NCBI RefSeq assembly: GCF_000143415.4
Contig: NW_003314377.1
Coordinates: 372,001-436,000 of the forward strand
Reading direction: 5' to 3'
DNA length: 64,000 nt
Source: Selaginella moellendorffii
Taxonomy: Eukaryota; Plantae; Lycopodiophyta
Below the pieces are notes generated by a model. It had not been told where the DNA came from and did not search any database. It worked only from the letters and a program-made list of their open reading frames with translations. The stretch's first letter is position 1; the number at the start of each line of letters is the position of its first letter. Positions 21,565-35,902 of the stretch are shown here, piece by piece. A program made the position numbers and the translations under genes.

Positions 21565-24500
21565 TGTCAGGAATCCCCCAATTCTTGCCACATTCCTAAC
21601 TCTCGCCAGATTCCTGACCTACAGACCACATTCCTGACTCTCGAGACACTTCCCTATTCCTGACTCTCGAGACACTTCCCTATTTCTGACTCTCGAGACA
21701 CTTCCCGATTCCTGAGTCTCGAGCCATATTCCTGATGATGATGTGGTGCCTCCTCGACCTCAGCTATATTTTGGCTGTCCTCGATCCAAGAGTGGTGGAG
21801 CTTCATCAACCTATAGTATATATAGGTTAGCCTTGTTCCATTTCTCCACAATCTGAATCAATGCCAGTGTAAGGCCTCTTCTTTGTTTCCACTAGCTTTT
21901 TCTCTTTGTCTTTTTGCATTTTCCAGTCTTGATCTTGTCGGGGGTCTTGACAGTTTGATTCAGATTGTGTTTTTTTGTTTTTTGATTTAGCTTGTTTTGA
22001 TTGTTTGATTACCTTTGCCTTTTTTCCCCCTTTTTTCTTTCTTCTTGCCGATGGAGTCTCCAAGTCATCCTGATTTCTTTGCTGAAGTCCTTGCAAAAAT
22101 CCAGTCTGAGAATACCCAGGTGAAGGCGACCCTTCTTCGCATGCAGCAGGAGCTTGCTTCACTTTCGGCTCAAGGATCCAGCAAAGTTCCTGAACCGAAG
22201 GTGAGTTTCCCAGTGAAATTTTCAGGCAAGCGTTCGGAGCTTCGCGGATTCCTGAACCAGATGGAGTTGATCTTCGCACTTCAACATCGGCGGTACCCCA
22301 CTCCCGAGTCTCAAATCGGCGCGATTGGGACGTTGCTTGAAGGTGCAGCCTTGTCATGGTTTTCTCCTCTTCTGGAGAAGAGCATGAAAGGGGTCATGGT
22401 TCCGGAGCTGATGGATCTTCAATTGTTCAAAGAGAAGCTCGAAGCATGTTTTGGCGAGACGGATCGGGTTCGGGCTGCTACCACAAAGATGAGACGTCTC
22501 TCTCAGGGGTCTCGTCCTGCCGTGATCTACGCTGCAGAGTTCCAACTCCTTGCTTTGGACACTCAATGGGATGAGCGGGCCCTGATTGACCAATTTTGTT
22601 TCGGCCTCAACAACGGTGTCAAGGATTTGTTGCTCACCATGGAGGATCCCAAGGACCTATCGGATGCCATCAACAAAGCTGTTCGATATGACAATCATCT
22701 CTTTGAACGTCGTCAGGAAAGTCGCCGCGCCGCTGTTTTTCCGTCCCAGACTTAGGAATCCCAGCTTGAGTCTTCGGGGCATACTCCTGAACCTACTGCT
22801 CCGGTTCCAATGGATATTTCTGGTACTCCCCGACTCATTAGAGGGAAGTTGAGTCTTGCTGAGAAGCAACATCGAATATCTCATAATCTTTGCCTCTATT
22901 GTGCTGATCCTAATCACAAAGCAGCTGTATGTCCCAAGAAGCCTCCCCGACTGCTCGAGTTCACTCTGCCTCAAAGTCCACCTCTATTGCAGTCGGGAAA
23001 CGACCCTGTCCAAACAGAGTAGGAGCTGTCTGTTTGGACTCCCTGAATAAAAATCACTTTTCTTCTTTATCAAGCTCCTCACCACCTTTCATCAAAGCCA
23101 CCACCAATTCCTGCAACTTCTGCGTCCCATGTCTCCTTTCTTTCACCGGACAATCAGGACTCAAGGCTCTGGCGCTACTGGACTCGGGTGCAACTTCCTG
23201 CTTCATGGACACGGACTTTGCTGCCCGACATCACGTTCCTCTTTCTCCTACCATACGGGATTTGAGGGTTGAAGGCATCGGCGGGCATTTTGTGTCTCCA
23301 TCTTCTGGACTTAGGGAAATGTTGCCCGTTCGAGTACACATCGGGTCCACCGTCACCGATATCGCCTTCAACATCATCAACAGCAAGTCCTCCTTTGTGG
23401 TGCTCGGTCTTCCTTGGTTCCAACTACATCAGCCTCAGATCTGTTGGAAGGAATTACAGCTCATCTCTCCCACGGCTTCCCCTGCTGTTCATCGAGTCCG
23501 AATCAGGAATCAGGGTTCTGTTCCTGACTCTACAAAGTTTTCACCATCTTCTTTTTCCTCTCTTCCATCTTACACTGGACCGTATCCTCGTCTCATCATT
23601 CCATTTAGTCATACGCCTCCTCCTATCTCCACAATCACTATGAAAGAACTCCTCCATGAAGAACCTCTTTTCCTTTTTGCTTTGCATGTTTCTCCTGTCA
23701 GTCTTCCTGAGAAGTATCATGATTTTGGGGATGTGTTTGACAAGAAAAAAGCTAGTGTATTGCCTGTTCATCGGCCTTATGATTGTCCCATTGATTTACA
23801 GGAAGGAGCATCACCTCCGTGGGGGCCTATCTACGGGTTATCCCTGTCCGAGCTTAAGGCCCTCAAAGAGTATGTGGATGAGAACCTTGCCTCAGGCTAC
23901 ATTCAGCATTTGCAGTCCCCAGCTAGAGCGCCTGTCTTCTTTGTCAAGAAGAAGGATGGGAGCTTGCGGCTAGTCATCAATTACCGAGGTTTGAACAAGG
24001 TGACTATTCGGAACTGTTATCCGCTGCCCCTGATCTCGGACCTATTGGAACGCCTCGGCGGTGCCCGCTTATTCACCAAGATCGACCTCCGTGGAGCATA
24101 CAACCTGATCCGGATCCGGCCTGGTGATGAATGGAAGACTACGTTCCAAACCCGCTATGGCCACTTCGAGTACCATTTGGTTTGACAAATGCTCCAGCAG
24201 TTTTCCAACACATGGTGAACGGTCTTTCGGGAGTTTCTTGATCAGATGGTGATCATTTACCTTGATGACATCTTCATCTACTCAAAAACTCAGGAGGAGC
24301 ACGACGAACATGTACGCAAGGTGCTAGCGAAGCTGCGAGAACACGGCCTATATGCGAAGCTTGAGAAATGCTCGTTTGATAAGCAGTCTGTGGAGTTCCT
24401 TGGGTACATTGTCACTCCTGAGGGTATCACGATGGATCTTGCCAAAGTCAAGACTATTCTCGAATGGGAGCCTCCACAATCACTGTCGGACGTTCAGGTT

Positions 24501-27117
24501 TTCCTTGGCTTCGCCAACTTCTACTGCAAATTCATTGATCACTACTCTGACATTGTCCTTCCTCTCACGCATCTCACTCGCAAGGATGTTCCCTTCTCTT
24601 GGTCTGCTACTGCCCAGCAGGCCTTCGACACACTCAAGACGGCCTTCAGTTCTGCTCCCGTCTTGATCCATGCTGATTCCTCACAACCTTTCTTCATCGA
24701 GGCTAACGCCTCCGACTTTGCCATTGGTGTTGTGCTGTCTCAACTCGGAGCGGATCACGAACTTCATCCGGTCGCTTTCCATTCTCGGAAATTCCAGCCT
24801 GCAGAGATCAATTATGAAATCCACAACAAGGAGCTTCTTGCCATCGTGGATTCCTTTGGAGAGTGGCGCCGTTTCTTGGAGGGGGCGGACCATTAAACAA
24901 TAGTCTGGACGGATCACAAAAATCTCGAGTACTTTGCCACTTCCCGAGTTTTGAGCCGTCGTCAAGCAAGGTGGGCACAATTCCTGAGTTGGTTTGACTT
25001 TGTTATCAAGTACAGACCTGGAAAGCTTCAAGGCCTTCCTGATGCTCTTTCAAGGCGCTCCTATCTCAGTCTTAGGCCTGGTAATCCTGCCTTCGATCAA
25101 CAGGATCAAGTTATCCTCGGTCCTGATCGGCTTCAATTTATGGCAATTTCCCTGGCCCCTCAGGACTCCTCCTTGATGGATGCGATCAGAAATGATCTCC
25201 AATCCGATGACCTCGCCAGTGATATTTTCACCCATCTTCAGGCTGGACACCCAGTGACCCCCGACTGCCGGCGATTTGACGAGTTCGAGTTCTTAGATGG
25301 CTTATTGTACCGTGGGGAGCAGCTTTACGTTCCTGAAGGTGATGCTCGAAGGTTGGTCCTGATGGCGTGCCACGATAGCCCGACTGCTGGTCACTTCAGC
25401 ATTGCGAAAACCTATGAGCTAGTTGCACGGGACTTTTGGTGGCCTCACATGGATGACTACATCAAAGCTTTTGTTACCCCCTGTGACACTTGTGCCCGGA
25501 ATAAGGTACCTCGCCACCTTCCTTCATGTTTGCTTCATTCCCTCCCGGTCCCTTCAGGTCCTTGGGAATCCATCTCCATGGATTTCTTGAGTGATCTTCC
25601 GAGTTCTTGAGGCTTCAACAGTATTTTAGTCGTGGTGGATCACTTCACAAAGATGGCACACTTCTTGCCATGTACCAAGGACTTTTCGGGAGAGGACATG
25701 GCAAAACTGGTATTCAGGGAAATTTTCCGACTTCATGGGATTCCTACAGATGTGGTTTCGGATTGGGGGCCTCAATTCATCTCTCATTTCTGGCAACGGT
25801 TTTTGCAGCTGCTTGGAGTGAAGGCCAACCTCTCTTTGGCATATCATCCTCAAACTGATGGACAGTCCGAGGGAACGATTCAGACGCTAGAACAATTCTT
25901 GAGGTGCTTCATCAACTATCATCAGGATAACTGGTTCGATATCCTTCCCCTTGTTGAGTTCTCCTATAACAACTCTGTTCACTCCTCTCTTCGAGTTTCC
26001 CCCTTCTTTGTGAACTCTGGCCGAAATCCCCGATTCAATCTCTCACTTCTCCATCTGAATCCTCTCGTTCAAATCCCCGCTCTGAGGCATTTATCTCCAA
26101 CCTCCAGGAAATCCACAACTCTATCTCCTTCCACCTCCATCGTGCTCAGGAATCTCACAAAACATTTGCCAATGTCCATCGTCAGGATTGTCCCCTTACA
26201 ATATCGGGCTTAAAGTCTGGCTCCTCAGGCGAAATATCTCCACCACCAGGCCCTGTCCAAAACTCGATTTCAAACGCCTCGGTCCTTTTCCTATCAGTGC
26301 CATCATTAATCCCGTCACTTATCGCCTTGCACTTCCCTCCTCATATCAAATTCACCCCGTTTTTCACTCCTCTCTCCTTGAGCCTTATATTCCCAGTTCT
26401 ATTCCAAATCGGGTCATTCCTCCGCCTCCACCAGTGCAGCTCGAGGATGGGTCTGAGTACGAGGTTCAAGACATCCTTGATTCCAAGATTTCATGGTCTA
26501 AACTCTACTATCTGGTCGACTGGAAGGGTTACGGACCTGAGGAACGCACTTGAGAACCTGCGGACAACCTGATTCATTCTCCTGACCTTGTTAAGGACTT
26601 CCACCGGCGCTATCCTTCTCGTCCCAGTCCTCATTCTTTTTCTCCATCTCCCATCCCTCGCCACTCATCTCACCCTCCTCTTCGTTCTCGTTCACATCCT
26701 CGTTCCACTCGTTCTTGAGGAGGGGGTGCTATCAGGAATCCCCCAATTCTTGCCACATTCCTGACTCTCACCGGATTCCTGACCTGCAGACCACATTCCT
26801 GACTCTCGAGACACTTCCCTATTCCTGACTCTCGAGACACTTCCCTATTCCTGACTCTCGAGACACTTCCCGATTCCTGAGTCTCGAGCCATATTCCTAA
26901 TGATGATGTGGCGCCTCCTCGACCTCAGCTATATTTAGGCCGTCCTCGATCCAAGAGTGGTGGAGCTTCATCAACCTATAGTATATATAGGTTAGCCTTG
27001 TTCCATTTCTCCACAATCTGAATCAACGCCAGTCTAAGGCCTCTTCTTTGTTTCCACTAGCTTTTTCTCTTTGTCTTTTTGCATTTTCCAGTCTTGATCT
27101 TGTCGGGGGTCTTGACA
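21565..27117 (+). mobile_element. Full-length chromovirus (Tcn1/Tf1-like Ty3/Gypsy) element B nested in element A
   Basis: 388-bp LTRs at 21565-21952 and 26730-27117; TSD GATTC; PPT GAGGAGGGGG; gag, LLDSGA protease, YLDD RT, RNase H, HHCC and DDE integrase, chromodomain EYEVQDILDS...YLVDWKGYGPEE. Confidence 0.96.
22051..26620 (+). pseudogene. gag-pol of element B, with a few stops and frameshifts
   Basis: ORF series 22015-22755, 22810-23022, 22929-24185, 24246-24896, 24951-25610, 25632-26213 and 26188-26553. Confidence 0.9.
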
Positions 27118-28139
27118 GATTCTTTCGGATAATGGTTGCACATTTATAGTTGAGGCATTTCATGTTCTGACGTCTCGATTGGGGATATGTCACACTTTCA
27201 CGAGTGCTTATCATCCATAATCAGACGGTTTAGAGGAACGGCTTGTTTGGACATTCAAAAGGATGATTGCAAAGTATATGAACTTTTAGCATTCGGATTA
27301 GGATGGTTATTTGCCGTGTCTTCGGTATACATATGTCACAGGGGTGCAGAGTTCTATTGGTGCTTCACCATATAAACTCTTATATGGTCATGATCTAATA
27401 TTACCAATGGAGCTGGGTTTACTGTCGCAATTGCCACGAGCTACCGATGCTAGGTCGTGGGATTAGTATTTGATAAGCATTCTTCCACTTGTCTGAGTAG
27501 AGTTTGCTGAACACTTAGGCCGCATACAAGTGGGACAATAACAGCGCTACAACTCCCATCATTGTCCACTTGTGGAGTACAAAGTGGATGATTTGGTGTT
27601 AATTTGTTTTCCCCATCTTACGGTACGTGGTTTATCTAAGGGGCTCCTTGCACAGTGGAAAGGACCGTATCGGGTGTTGTGGCAAGTTGAAGCACAAGTT
27701 TATGAGGTTCGGCATGACATCTAGCAAGTTGATCCTCTAGAGATTATACATGTGCAGCGGTTGAAACACTTTATACAAAGAGATCAGGAGCAGTTAATAC
27801 CATCTATAGATCTGCCAATGCCTCCTCCTAATGTTCCTCTAGATCCCAGCCCGTCTACAAGAGAACCCTAATGGTCTTCCATTATTCTAAGAGGAGGGGA
27901 TGATGTGAGGGCCAAGTGTATGGCTATGATGCCATATACTAATATTAGCGTAGTGGGATTTTGGTAGCCGTCAGATTGGTTTCAATTCGGACCACTCGCT
28001 CTTGTATATAAGTTAGGGTTTTTGGGTTAATTGATATGCATATTTTCTGTATTCTCTTTCCATATTTCATGCACTCACAATTTAGCAACTTTATTATTAT
28101 TAAAATGTTTATAAATGATAAGTGATAACTGCGGAAGGC

Positions 28140-28890
28140 AGATCAAATCCACGGTTTGCATCTAGAGGATGATCGTCGATGTGAAGAAATCCCTGCATGA
28201 ATGGAACAGCATCATCAATATCCCTTCCAAAGCAACCAGCAATATCACAAACCTTGTCAAAGTTACAGCCTGGGTTGCAATAGAAACTTGCAAAGGAATC
28301 TCCACAGCAGTAGGAGCTTTGTGATCTTCTGCGGGTGTGAATCTCATCAGTCTAGCCATGGACCAAAACTCCACATTTCGGCCATCCAACAAAGCCTTTA
28401 GCGCGTGGCCATACAAATGAACAAACCATGGTATTATCTGGAGGATCATAATGTCAACGTAGTCGACTGCCTTGATACCTAAAGAGTAACAGTTTCGAGA
28501 AGAACCATCATTTGCTCGAAACGAAATGATGATGGATCCCCTTGCATTCCCGCTGCCAGCCAAATACCGGCTTGTGTAGAACCGAGACCAATCCACCCGG
28601 GCTCTCCAAGTGACTACAAGATCAAGCTCGCTGTTCATGCCAGCTTCATACTCAAGTAAAAGAGAGCCTGAAGAGGAGGCAAGCACCTGACTTGGAGCAG
28701 AGCTGACTATTGTCCATGAAGTTGATGCCTATTTCTTCACTGAGATCTCTAGCCAAGTGCTTCGCCAAGCTCTCCTCCAGCTCTAGATAGACACTACTTG
28801 TAGTTGCAAGCGGGCACTTGCCTTCCAGCTTTGAGCCAAACATCCTGGAGAGTGTCCAGCCTTGCAGCTTGGATGACAGATCTTCTGAAA
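28140..28890 (-). repeat. Third, more diverged partial copy of the duplicated segment
   Basis: Shares YLAGSGNARGSI and ATTSSVYLELEESLAKHLA translations with 14460-15015 and 40157-40760. Confidence 0.85.
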
Positions 28891-28959
28891 CTGCTAGCTT
28901 TTGCAAAACAACTGTCAAGGTTAACATCCAATTTTGAATATTAAGGCTATTGGGATGAA

Positions 28960-31340
28960 AAAAAATTTAATCAACTTATACAAAAATAACAAGATCGTTA
29001 GTATTACTACATTTTTATAGTATCCATTGCAATGACAAAAATCCATAGTTCATACCTATCACTATATATCATTAGTATTAGCTATGATTTGTATTTGATT
29101 CATTTATTTTTTAAAATTACACCTTATAAATCTTTATCATTTATATGTATTTTCTTAACAATGTAGGTATCATGCATAGTGAAATCATTGTAGAGAAATA
29201 GTTTATGTTTTTCTTAGAAAAACTTGCAAGGTGGTGAGTGACTTTACCTAATGTAATCTATAAATCATGTAATTTTATTTTGAAATCACAACTTTGGGAA
29301 TATTGTCTCATATGCAAGTTTGTCTTCAAATCAAAGTAACTAATGCAGTAGCAAAACATTAGCACATTAGATGAGTTGCAATGATTGGCTACTATAGTTT
29401 TCACTTCTAGTTCTATCATTACCTAATCACTAAAGGATTAGAATTTCTTTACCACAAATTAGGCCATCATGAAAAGCACTCTAAAGAAAGTGTTATACAT
29501 TGTCATATTCCTTTAGCTGGTTTTTGTAATACAAACATAGAAATGTACAACAAATTTAATAAAGATTTTATATGTGCTACAATGACACAAGATATGAATC
29601 TTCCCTTTTCCTTTGAGACCATTGATAAGTTTCATATGCTACTAAGTTATTTCTCATAAAAGCAAGAACAACAATATGGTTAAAGTTTTCAAAGTTTCTT
29701 CTTCTGTTAGTTATTTTGAATTTAGTGCTGAGAATTCCATAGAATATATATATGGATGTACTAGTTATTAATTTACAAGGATTAAGTTCAAAGCAAAGGG
29801 AGTCTTTGGCTACAAAATACACTAGCAATGCAAAGGTGTGCAATCTTAAAGTAGTGGCACAAATTCCACATTTGCAATTATAAGGATGAACACAATCCTA
29901 ATGAAACACTTGCAAGGTGTGGAGATTCTAGAACTCTATTGTCTCCATTAAAAATTTAAATTTTTTGTACCAACTAACAAAGAATAATATATACTAAGCA
30001 AATGTATCTACCACCTTGTTAATAAAGATAAAATAGAACTAGGCTATGTGAGTTTTCTAGGAAAAGTGATTCCATATCAAGGATTGTGCCAAATTCCTAA
30101 AATTTGCTGCCTTTGTTTTTAAAGTGCTAATCCTTTGTTCTAACTTTTTAAATTAATTATAATGAACAAAACATTTATTACATGGATTGCCCATGGAAAT
30201 GCATAATTTTATATTGGGACTAGAGTTATATTTCACCAATGAGCATGATGAGATCCAAATTGCAATATCCCTTGTGTATTGAAAATTACAAATGAAAGGT
30301 TTAACTTACCTCGATTGCAATTTAGTGGGTGCTAGTTGAAACTAGCAAGGATCTGAGCTCTACTAAGAAAAGTAGAATTGCAAAGTTTTAGATGATATTT
30401 ATTTAGGTTATATGATATTAATACTATTGAAAGTTAAATAGTAAATGGAAACTGTAAGTCAGTTTTTATGAAAATGGAGCAATGCATAATTGAATTGTAT
30501 CATAGAAAGTATCTGTAAGAGAAATAAATTCACCAATTATGAATATGGAATCTGTTGGTAAAGAAAGAAATTTTAATCAACTTATGGAACAATAAAAAGA
30601 TCCTGTTATTATTACTACATGTTTTATACTATTCATTGCAATGACAAAAATCCATAGTTTATAATTATTAGCTATGATTAGTATTTGATTAAAAAATTTG
30701 AAAAATCACATCTTATAAATCTTTATCATTTCTACATATTTTTTTTAACAATGTAGATATCTAATATAGTGAAATTATCCTAGAGAAATAATTTATGTTT
30801 TTCTTAGAAAAATTTGCAAGCTGGTGAGTGATTTTACCTATGTAATTTATATATCATGTCATCTTATTTTGAAAGCCAATTTGTCTGAAATATTGTCTCA
30901 TATGTGATAAACTTGTCTTTAAATCAAAGTAAACTAATGCACTAGCAAAACATTTGGATGAGTTTCAATCATTGGATAATGTAGTCTTCACTTCCAGTTC
31001 TACTGTTATCTAATCACCAAATTAGAATTTATTGATCACAAATCAGGCCATCACTACTAAAAACACTTTAAAGAAAGCATTATAAATTATCATCTTCTTT
31101 TTGCAATACAAACATAGGAATATAAAATAAATGCAATAAAGATTTTATATGTGCTACAAGGATATAAGATATAGTTGTTCTCTTTTCTTTTGACAGTATT
31201 TATAAATGTGCTACTAAATTGTTTCTAAAATAGGTAAGAACAACTACATGCTTAAAGTTTTCAAAGTTTCTCTTGCTATTAGCTATCTTATTTTAGTGTT
31301 GAGAAGTCCATAAAATATATCCATATATACTAGTTATGGG
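28960..31340 (+). repeat. Old direct duplication of ~800 bp AT-rich DNA (~28960-29770 and ~30570-31340)
   Basis: Colinear shared blocks, e.g. CATTGCAATGACAAAAATCCATAGTT and CTTAGAAAAA..TTGCAAG.TGGTGAGTG. Confidence 0.8.
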
Positions 31341-33731
31341 GATGGTCCAAAGTTGAGTTGAGCTCAATTCAACACAAGTCAACTCAAGTCAACATAATCA
31401 ATTAGAAGTCTTACAAAGGAAATATAAATTGAACAAATGAAAGTTCTAACAAACTTTAAAATATTTAAATACGTAAATATTTGAGTTAAAAGTTTCTATA
31501 AGATTGAATTGTTTAAAAAAAAAAAAGTTCACAAGAATCTATCTTTTATAAAGCTATATTATTTTATTATGACTATTGTTACAGTTGTTATATTTTGATT
31601 TGACTACTTAATATTTTGAATATTTTTATAGTTGTAGATACTATTCCTTCATTCAAAAGATTTTTGAGGGTTCTTGAGAAGATGGGAAGCAAGGAAAATA
31701 CAAGATGTGTGAGTAACAATTGTAGTGCAAAAGAATGTGAGAATGCTAATTTTGTTTCATTACCACAATCTCCATATTACACTCCTATTCGTTTTTACGT
31801 TTTTATTACCCATTTGAAAATGTGGAGACCACTATCATGGTTGATAAAAATGCTTCTGTTACTTTTGAAACAACAGTTCAGAGTAAATGAAATGAAGAAA
31901 TGAACAGCACGGTGGAAAGCACCAAGAAATCTACTCCATAACACTTTCCATGACATTTGTAATTTAAAAATTAATTCATATTAAAAACTGTGTTTCCTGC
32001 TTATATCACAATCCTCTCATATGATAAGACCAAGATATATTTTTGTAGTGAATCCTCATTAAAAGTTTTCGCAAGTTTTTTGTGAATAATAATAAAAGAA
32101 ATTGAAATCTTTCGAAAGACTCAAAAGTAATATCACATCAAAGAATCAACTTTATCTACATTTCCAAGACTGAAAAGCAATCTCACATAAGGGAATGGTA
32201 GCGTGCCAATGTGCTCTGCCACTATAATGTGTTCTATATTTCCCTACAGTCTATTTCTCTAAACATTTGGCATGCATAGAAAAGAATATATGTGTAGTAA
32301 AGTAGGATTTCATTATAATGATAAAGCATGTGTATATATGATAATCTAAAATTCTAGAAGCTCTTATATTTATAAGCAAGCTATGATTATGAAGCCCCAT
32401 TTCCAAAACTGACATTTAAAGAATCTGAGTATCGTCAGTGTTATAATAAATAAACCTTATTCCCGAGACTAAAACTTAGTATATAAACTATCTAGAAAAG
32501 TTATAGTCATTATAGTTTTTTTTGTTCTCCTTGAGCTCCTTGGAAGTTTGTATTGAAATGGCTCAAAGGAAAGTCACTGCTACTTGTACTTAGCCCCCCA
32601 ACATTTTATATTAATCTCCACCTCCATCCCCAAGTTCTACCAACATTCTACCTTCACCTCCATATAATAATCCTTTTTCTACTGAGGGCTTTAGTGAAGT
32701 TGAACTAGAGCTCCTTATATATGAAATTCTGAATCTTATTATTAGATAGGGATTGCCTCCAATGCTTCAAAAGCAATGCTACATGTTCTTGCTCCTGACA
32801 TAGCGGGACTACTTGAAAGCACAAAACATTATTACATTCGGTGTCTAATATGCTACTTTTTCTTAGACAAGTGGCTTTATGGGTTTACAAACTTTTCTTG
32901 AGCACTGTAAGAATTGCCCAATGGCGGGTTTGGAAAATGTGCATGTGTGGATGTACAATAGATTCAAGAATGAGTTACAGACATATATATTTTCTCACCT
33001 TCACTTATAGTTTCCATGATGTAGATAGCCCTTCTCATCATGTTCTCAAATAATTCTGGTAGTCCTTTCTCTTTGTTCATCAAGCAGACATTAAGGAAAT
33101 CCAGAGTTTCTATCTGTCGCTTATACGAAAGCTTCAATTTTGCGATATTATAAATTATATCATCTGGAGTTTTGTTCACTACAAAAGTAAATATGCATAA
33201 TTGAGAAAAATGAAGTGTGATAAAAAAACTTACATTCATGAGAAGAAATTTCAGCTATAGTCTCTAGCCACTCCTTCGGCCTACGATTGTCTGCAATGTA
33301 TCTTAGTTTCTTCAACTTTGAAAAATTTGCATGCTGAATTTTATGCTCAATTTGTACGAACTCAGTTGAGAGCTCTTCCCGACTCTTCTCCCGATATACA
33401 AGTTCATAAGCATCTTATTTGACCTTCACCAAAGGTTAAAAACCAAAACAATTAAAAGAAGCCCTTATAAAATGAAAGGGAAAGACATACTTTGCACTAT
33501 ATAGTGAGCATAAAACTAATTGAGTTGTTGAACAAAGTTGTACCGTCATTTCAAGTGCGTGAGTGATGAACAAGTGTTGCAAGATCATCATCATAATGTT
33601 CGCAGATGTCATCCTCACTCAAGTCTGCTAAAAATTGAAGTTGCTCGATGTCATGGATAAAGTTTTATTTTTGAACAGCAAACTGCCCAAGCCTGGATTT
33701 AAACACAACAAAACAAGTTAAAGTGGAGTTA

Positions 33732-34898
33732 TGTTAAACATAAAATCCTTAGGCCCCAAAGTGGGTGCCATGTGGTAGTGGCCGAAATGAAAGCCAAATG
33801 AGCGTAACATGTTTGGACTAAAAGCTCCGACTTGAAAAGTTGAGAGCGAGAGTGGAACTCCTAAACAAAGGGCTCGAGGAACGAGCACGAAGCAAGCAGT
33901 AAGTGAGTCTCTAGAGAAGGGACACAAAAGGACCAACACATGATATATGGAAGACTCGAGACAGAGTCTAAGATGGAGTTCGAAATGGACTTGAGATGGA
34001 GTCCAAGATGGAGTCTGAGATGGACCTGAGATGGAGTCTGAGATGGAACCGAGACCGAGACCGAGACCGAGTCCAAGTCTAAGTCCGAGATTGAGACCGA
34101 GTCCGAGTTCAAGTCCGAGTTCAAGTCCCAGTCCGAGTCCAAATACTAATATAGGTTGTTGGGTGAAAGCCCAAAGCGATTGTCCCCTAGGGGGGGGGGG
34201 CTACAAGGAGAGTGTGGGGGTTAAACCCTAGTGGAGCCAGTTTGGCTAGGAAAGGTTAATTTGGCCCAGGAAGGCTGTACCCAAGTATTGGGTGATGAGA
34301 TAACCATTGGGAAGTCCAAGGCTAAAGTGAATATGAACTAACAAGCGAGGTAGCTTGGTGAAGTATTCAAAAGTCGACTCTAGTTTCCCCGAGAGATCGA
34401 ATGGTCAATGCTCCCAATCCAAGTATGGGTGGCATTACCTACTTGGATACCTAGCGTGGCTCAATGAAACCTCGCTCTAAACCCATGGCTAAAACACCCA
34501 AAGGCTGTAAAAGGGATATTGGGAAGGCTATTCCCCATGTTTGTGGGCATTCTAAGGATGCTGAATCTAAGATGATCACTCATGGATGGATGCCCCAGTC
34601 TTTGAGAGACAGGACTGTGATGTAGGTGGTGTTGGACCACTGGTGTCACCAAGGTGAATGGGTATGGCCTTAGAGTAATGGGTTGATATGTCAATGATAC
34701 TTTGGGGCGTCGGTCATGGGATCAGACACATGGAGCACTTGGACCCAGTGCAATGGTTGAGTGGCATAGATGCCATTCTCGGGGCTAGCAAGCCCCACAT
34801 CCTAAATTGGACTTATAGAGGTTGTGAATGAGACTCCTCCAAGTGGTCAGAGGTGTGGTTAAGTGACTAAAGTAGAATAAAAAAATTAGTCATTTACA
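33732..34898 (+). mobile_element. Solo LTR of family X (older, internally deleted)
   Basis: Reverse-complement match to the other copies; TG...CA ends; near-TSD AGTTA/AGTTG. Confidence 0.85.
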
Positions 34899-34929
34899 AG
34901 TTGGAGGTAAAATTATAAAACTTACGCAT

Positions 34930-35902
34930 TGATCTTTTGGTAGGACAAGATAAATCTGTTGACATCCAAAGGTCCCCTTGCATAGACATGCCGACTGGAA
35001 CGTTGATATGGTAGATGGGATCATTGAGAAAATGATCTTTGATACACTTCATCCAAGCCTTATATTAGTGGTTACTATCAATAGTTTGGAATATTGTCCT
35101 CACAAGTTGTTGAGCCTTAGGATGTCTGATAAGCATGTTATCAAATTTCAGGGATTTCCTCCTCTAAATAGGATCCTAGCTATTCACAATCTAACTGTGT
35201 GATAGTAATGATCTCCATTGTTCCTAACTTGCAAATCGAGACTAGAAACATACTGATATTTATCGCATGGCCATTCTGTTTGAACAAACTGTATATATTC
35301 GAATTGACATACTTTGATGTAGTGCGAACAAAGTTCGTCTGCTGCAAACGACAAAGGGGGATCTCTTTGATCAAGTCACAAGGGCCTAGCCACTTGAGCG
35401 CCTCAAGTATTTGGTGAACTGCTTTTTCCCTTGTTTGCATAACAATCTCTTGGAAGTGCTTGTCCACCACGTTGTTAGGAAGGTCTACAACTCTTTCAGC
35501 TCCAAGTTGTACTTTAGGTTCCCTATTGTGAACACCACTAGATTGCCCAACTTCAGGGATTTGTGCTGGTGGTGGGCTAGTGAGGAGTAAAGTGGAGGTA
35601 GTAATGGTGATGGTGGGGGTTGGTGGTGGTGGTGGTGGAGGTGGAGGCAATAGTGGCAGTGGTGGTAACAATGGCGATGATGGAGGTGGTGATGGTGGTG
35701 GTGGAAGTGGCAATGGCGATGGTGGAGGTGGTGATGGTGGAGGTGATGGTGGTGGAGGCGGTGGATCTCTAAGTAAATGTGTTTTCATTAATGTGCCAAT
35801 AGATATGTCGATCGTGATGTTGTCAGCAGTGTTGAATTGAACTTTTCGTGTCTTCTTGGCTCCAACAACCTTTTTGTGTGGTACAATTTTTCTTTTTTGC
35901 AA
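34930..35902 (-). pseudogene. Decayed DNA-transposon accessory ORF with a Pro-rich tract
   Basis: ORF 35180-35902 with a poly-Pro microsatellite; no confident domain. Confidence 0.3.

Larger units (their letters stand above)
18023..28079 (+). mobile_element. Degenerate Ty3/Gypsy LTR retrotransposon A (gag, PR, RT, RH, INT), interrupted in the integrase by element B
   Basis: ~175-bp LTRs TGTGAGGG...CACTCACA at 18023-18197 and 27904-28079; TGGTGGAG PBS-like; PPT AAGAGGAGGGGA; RT motifs KLDLASGYWQV, MPFGLNNAPATFQR and FIDDVLI; many stops and frameshifts. Confidence 0.92.

Noticed and set aside
32400-33700. Decayed MULE/FAR1-like transposase
   Set aside because: Only faint hints in fragmented frames; not supportable without a search.
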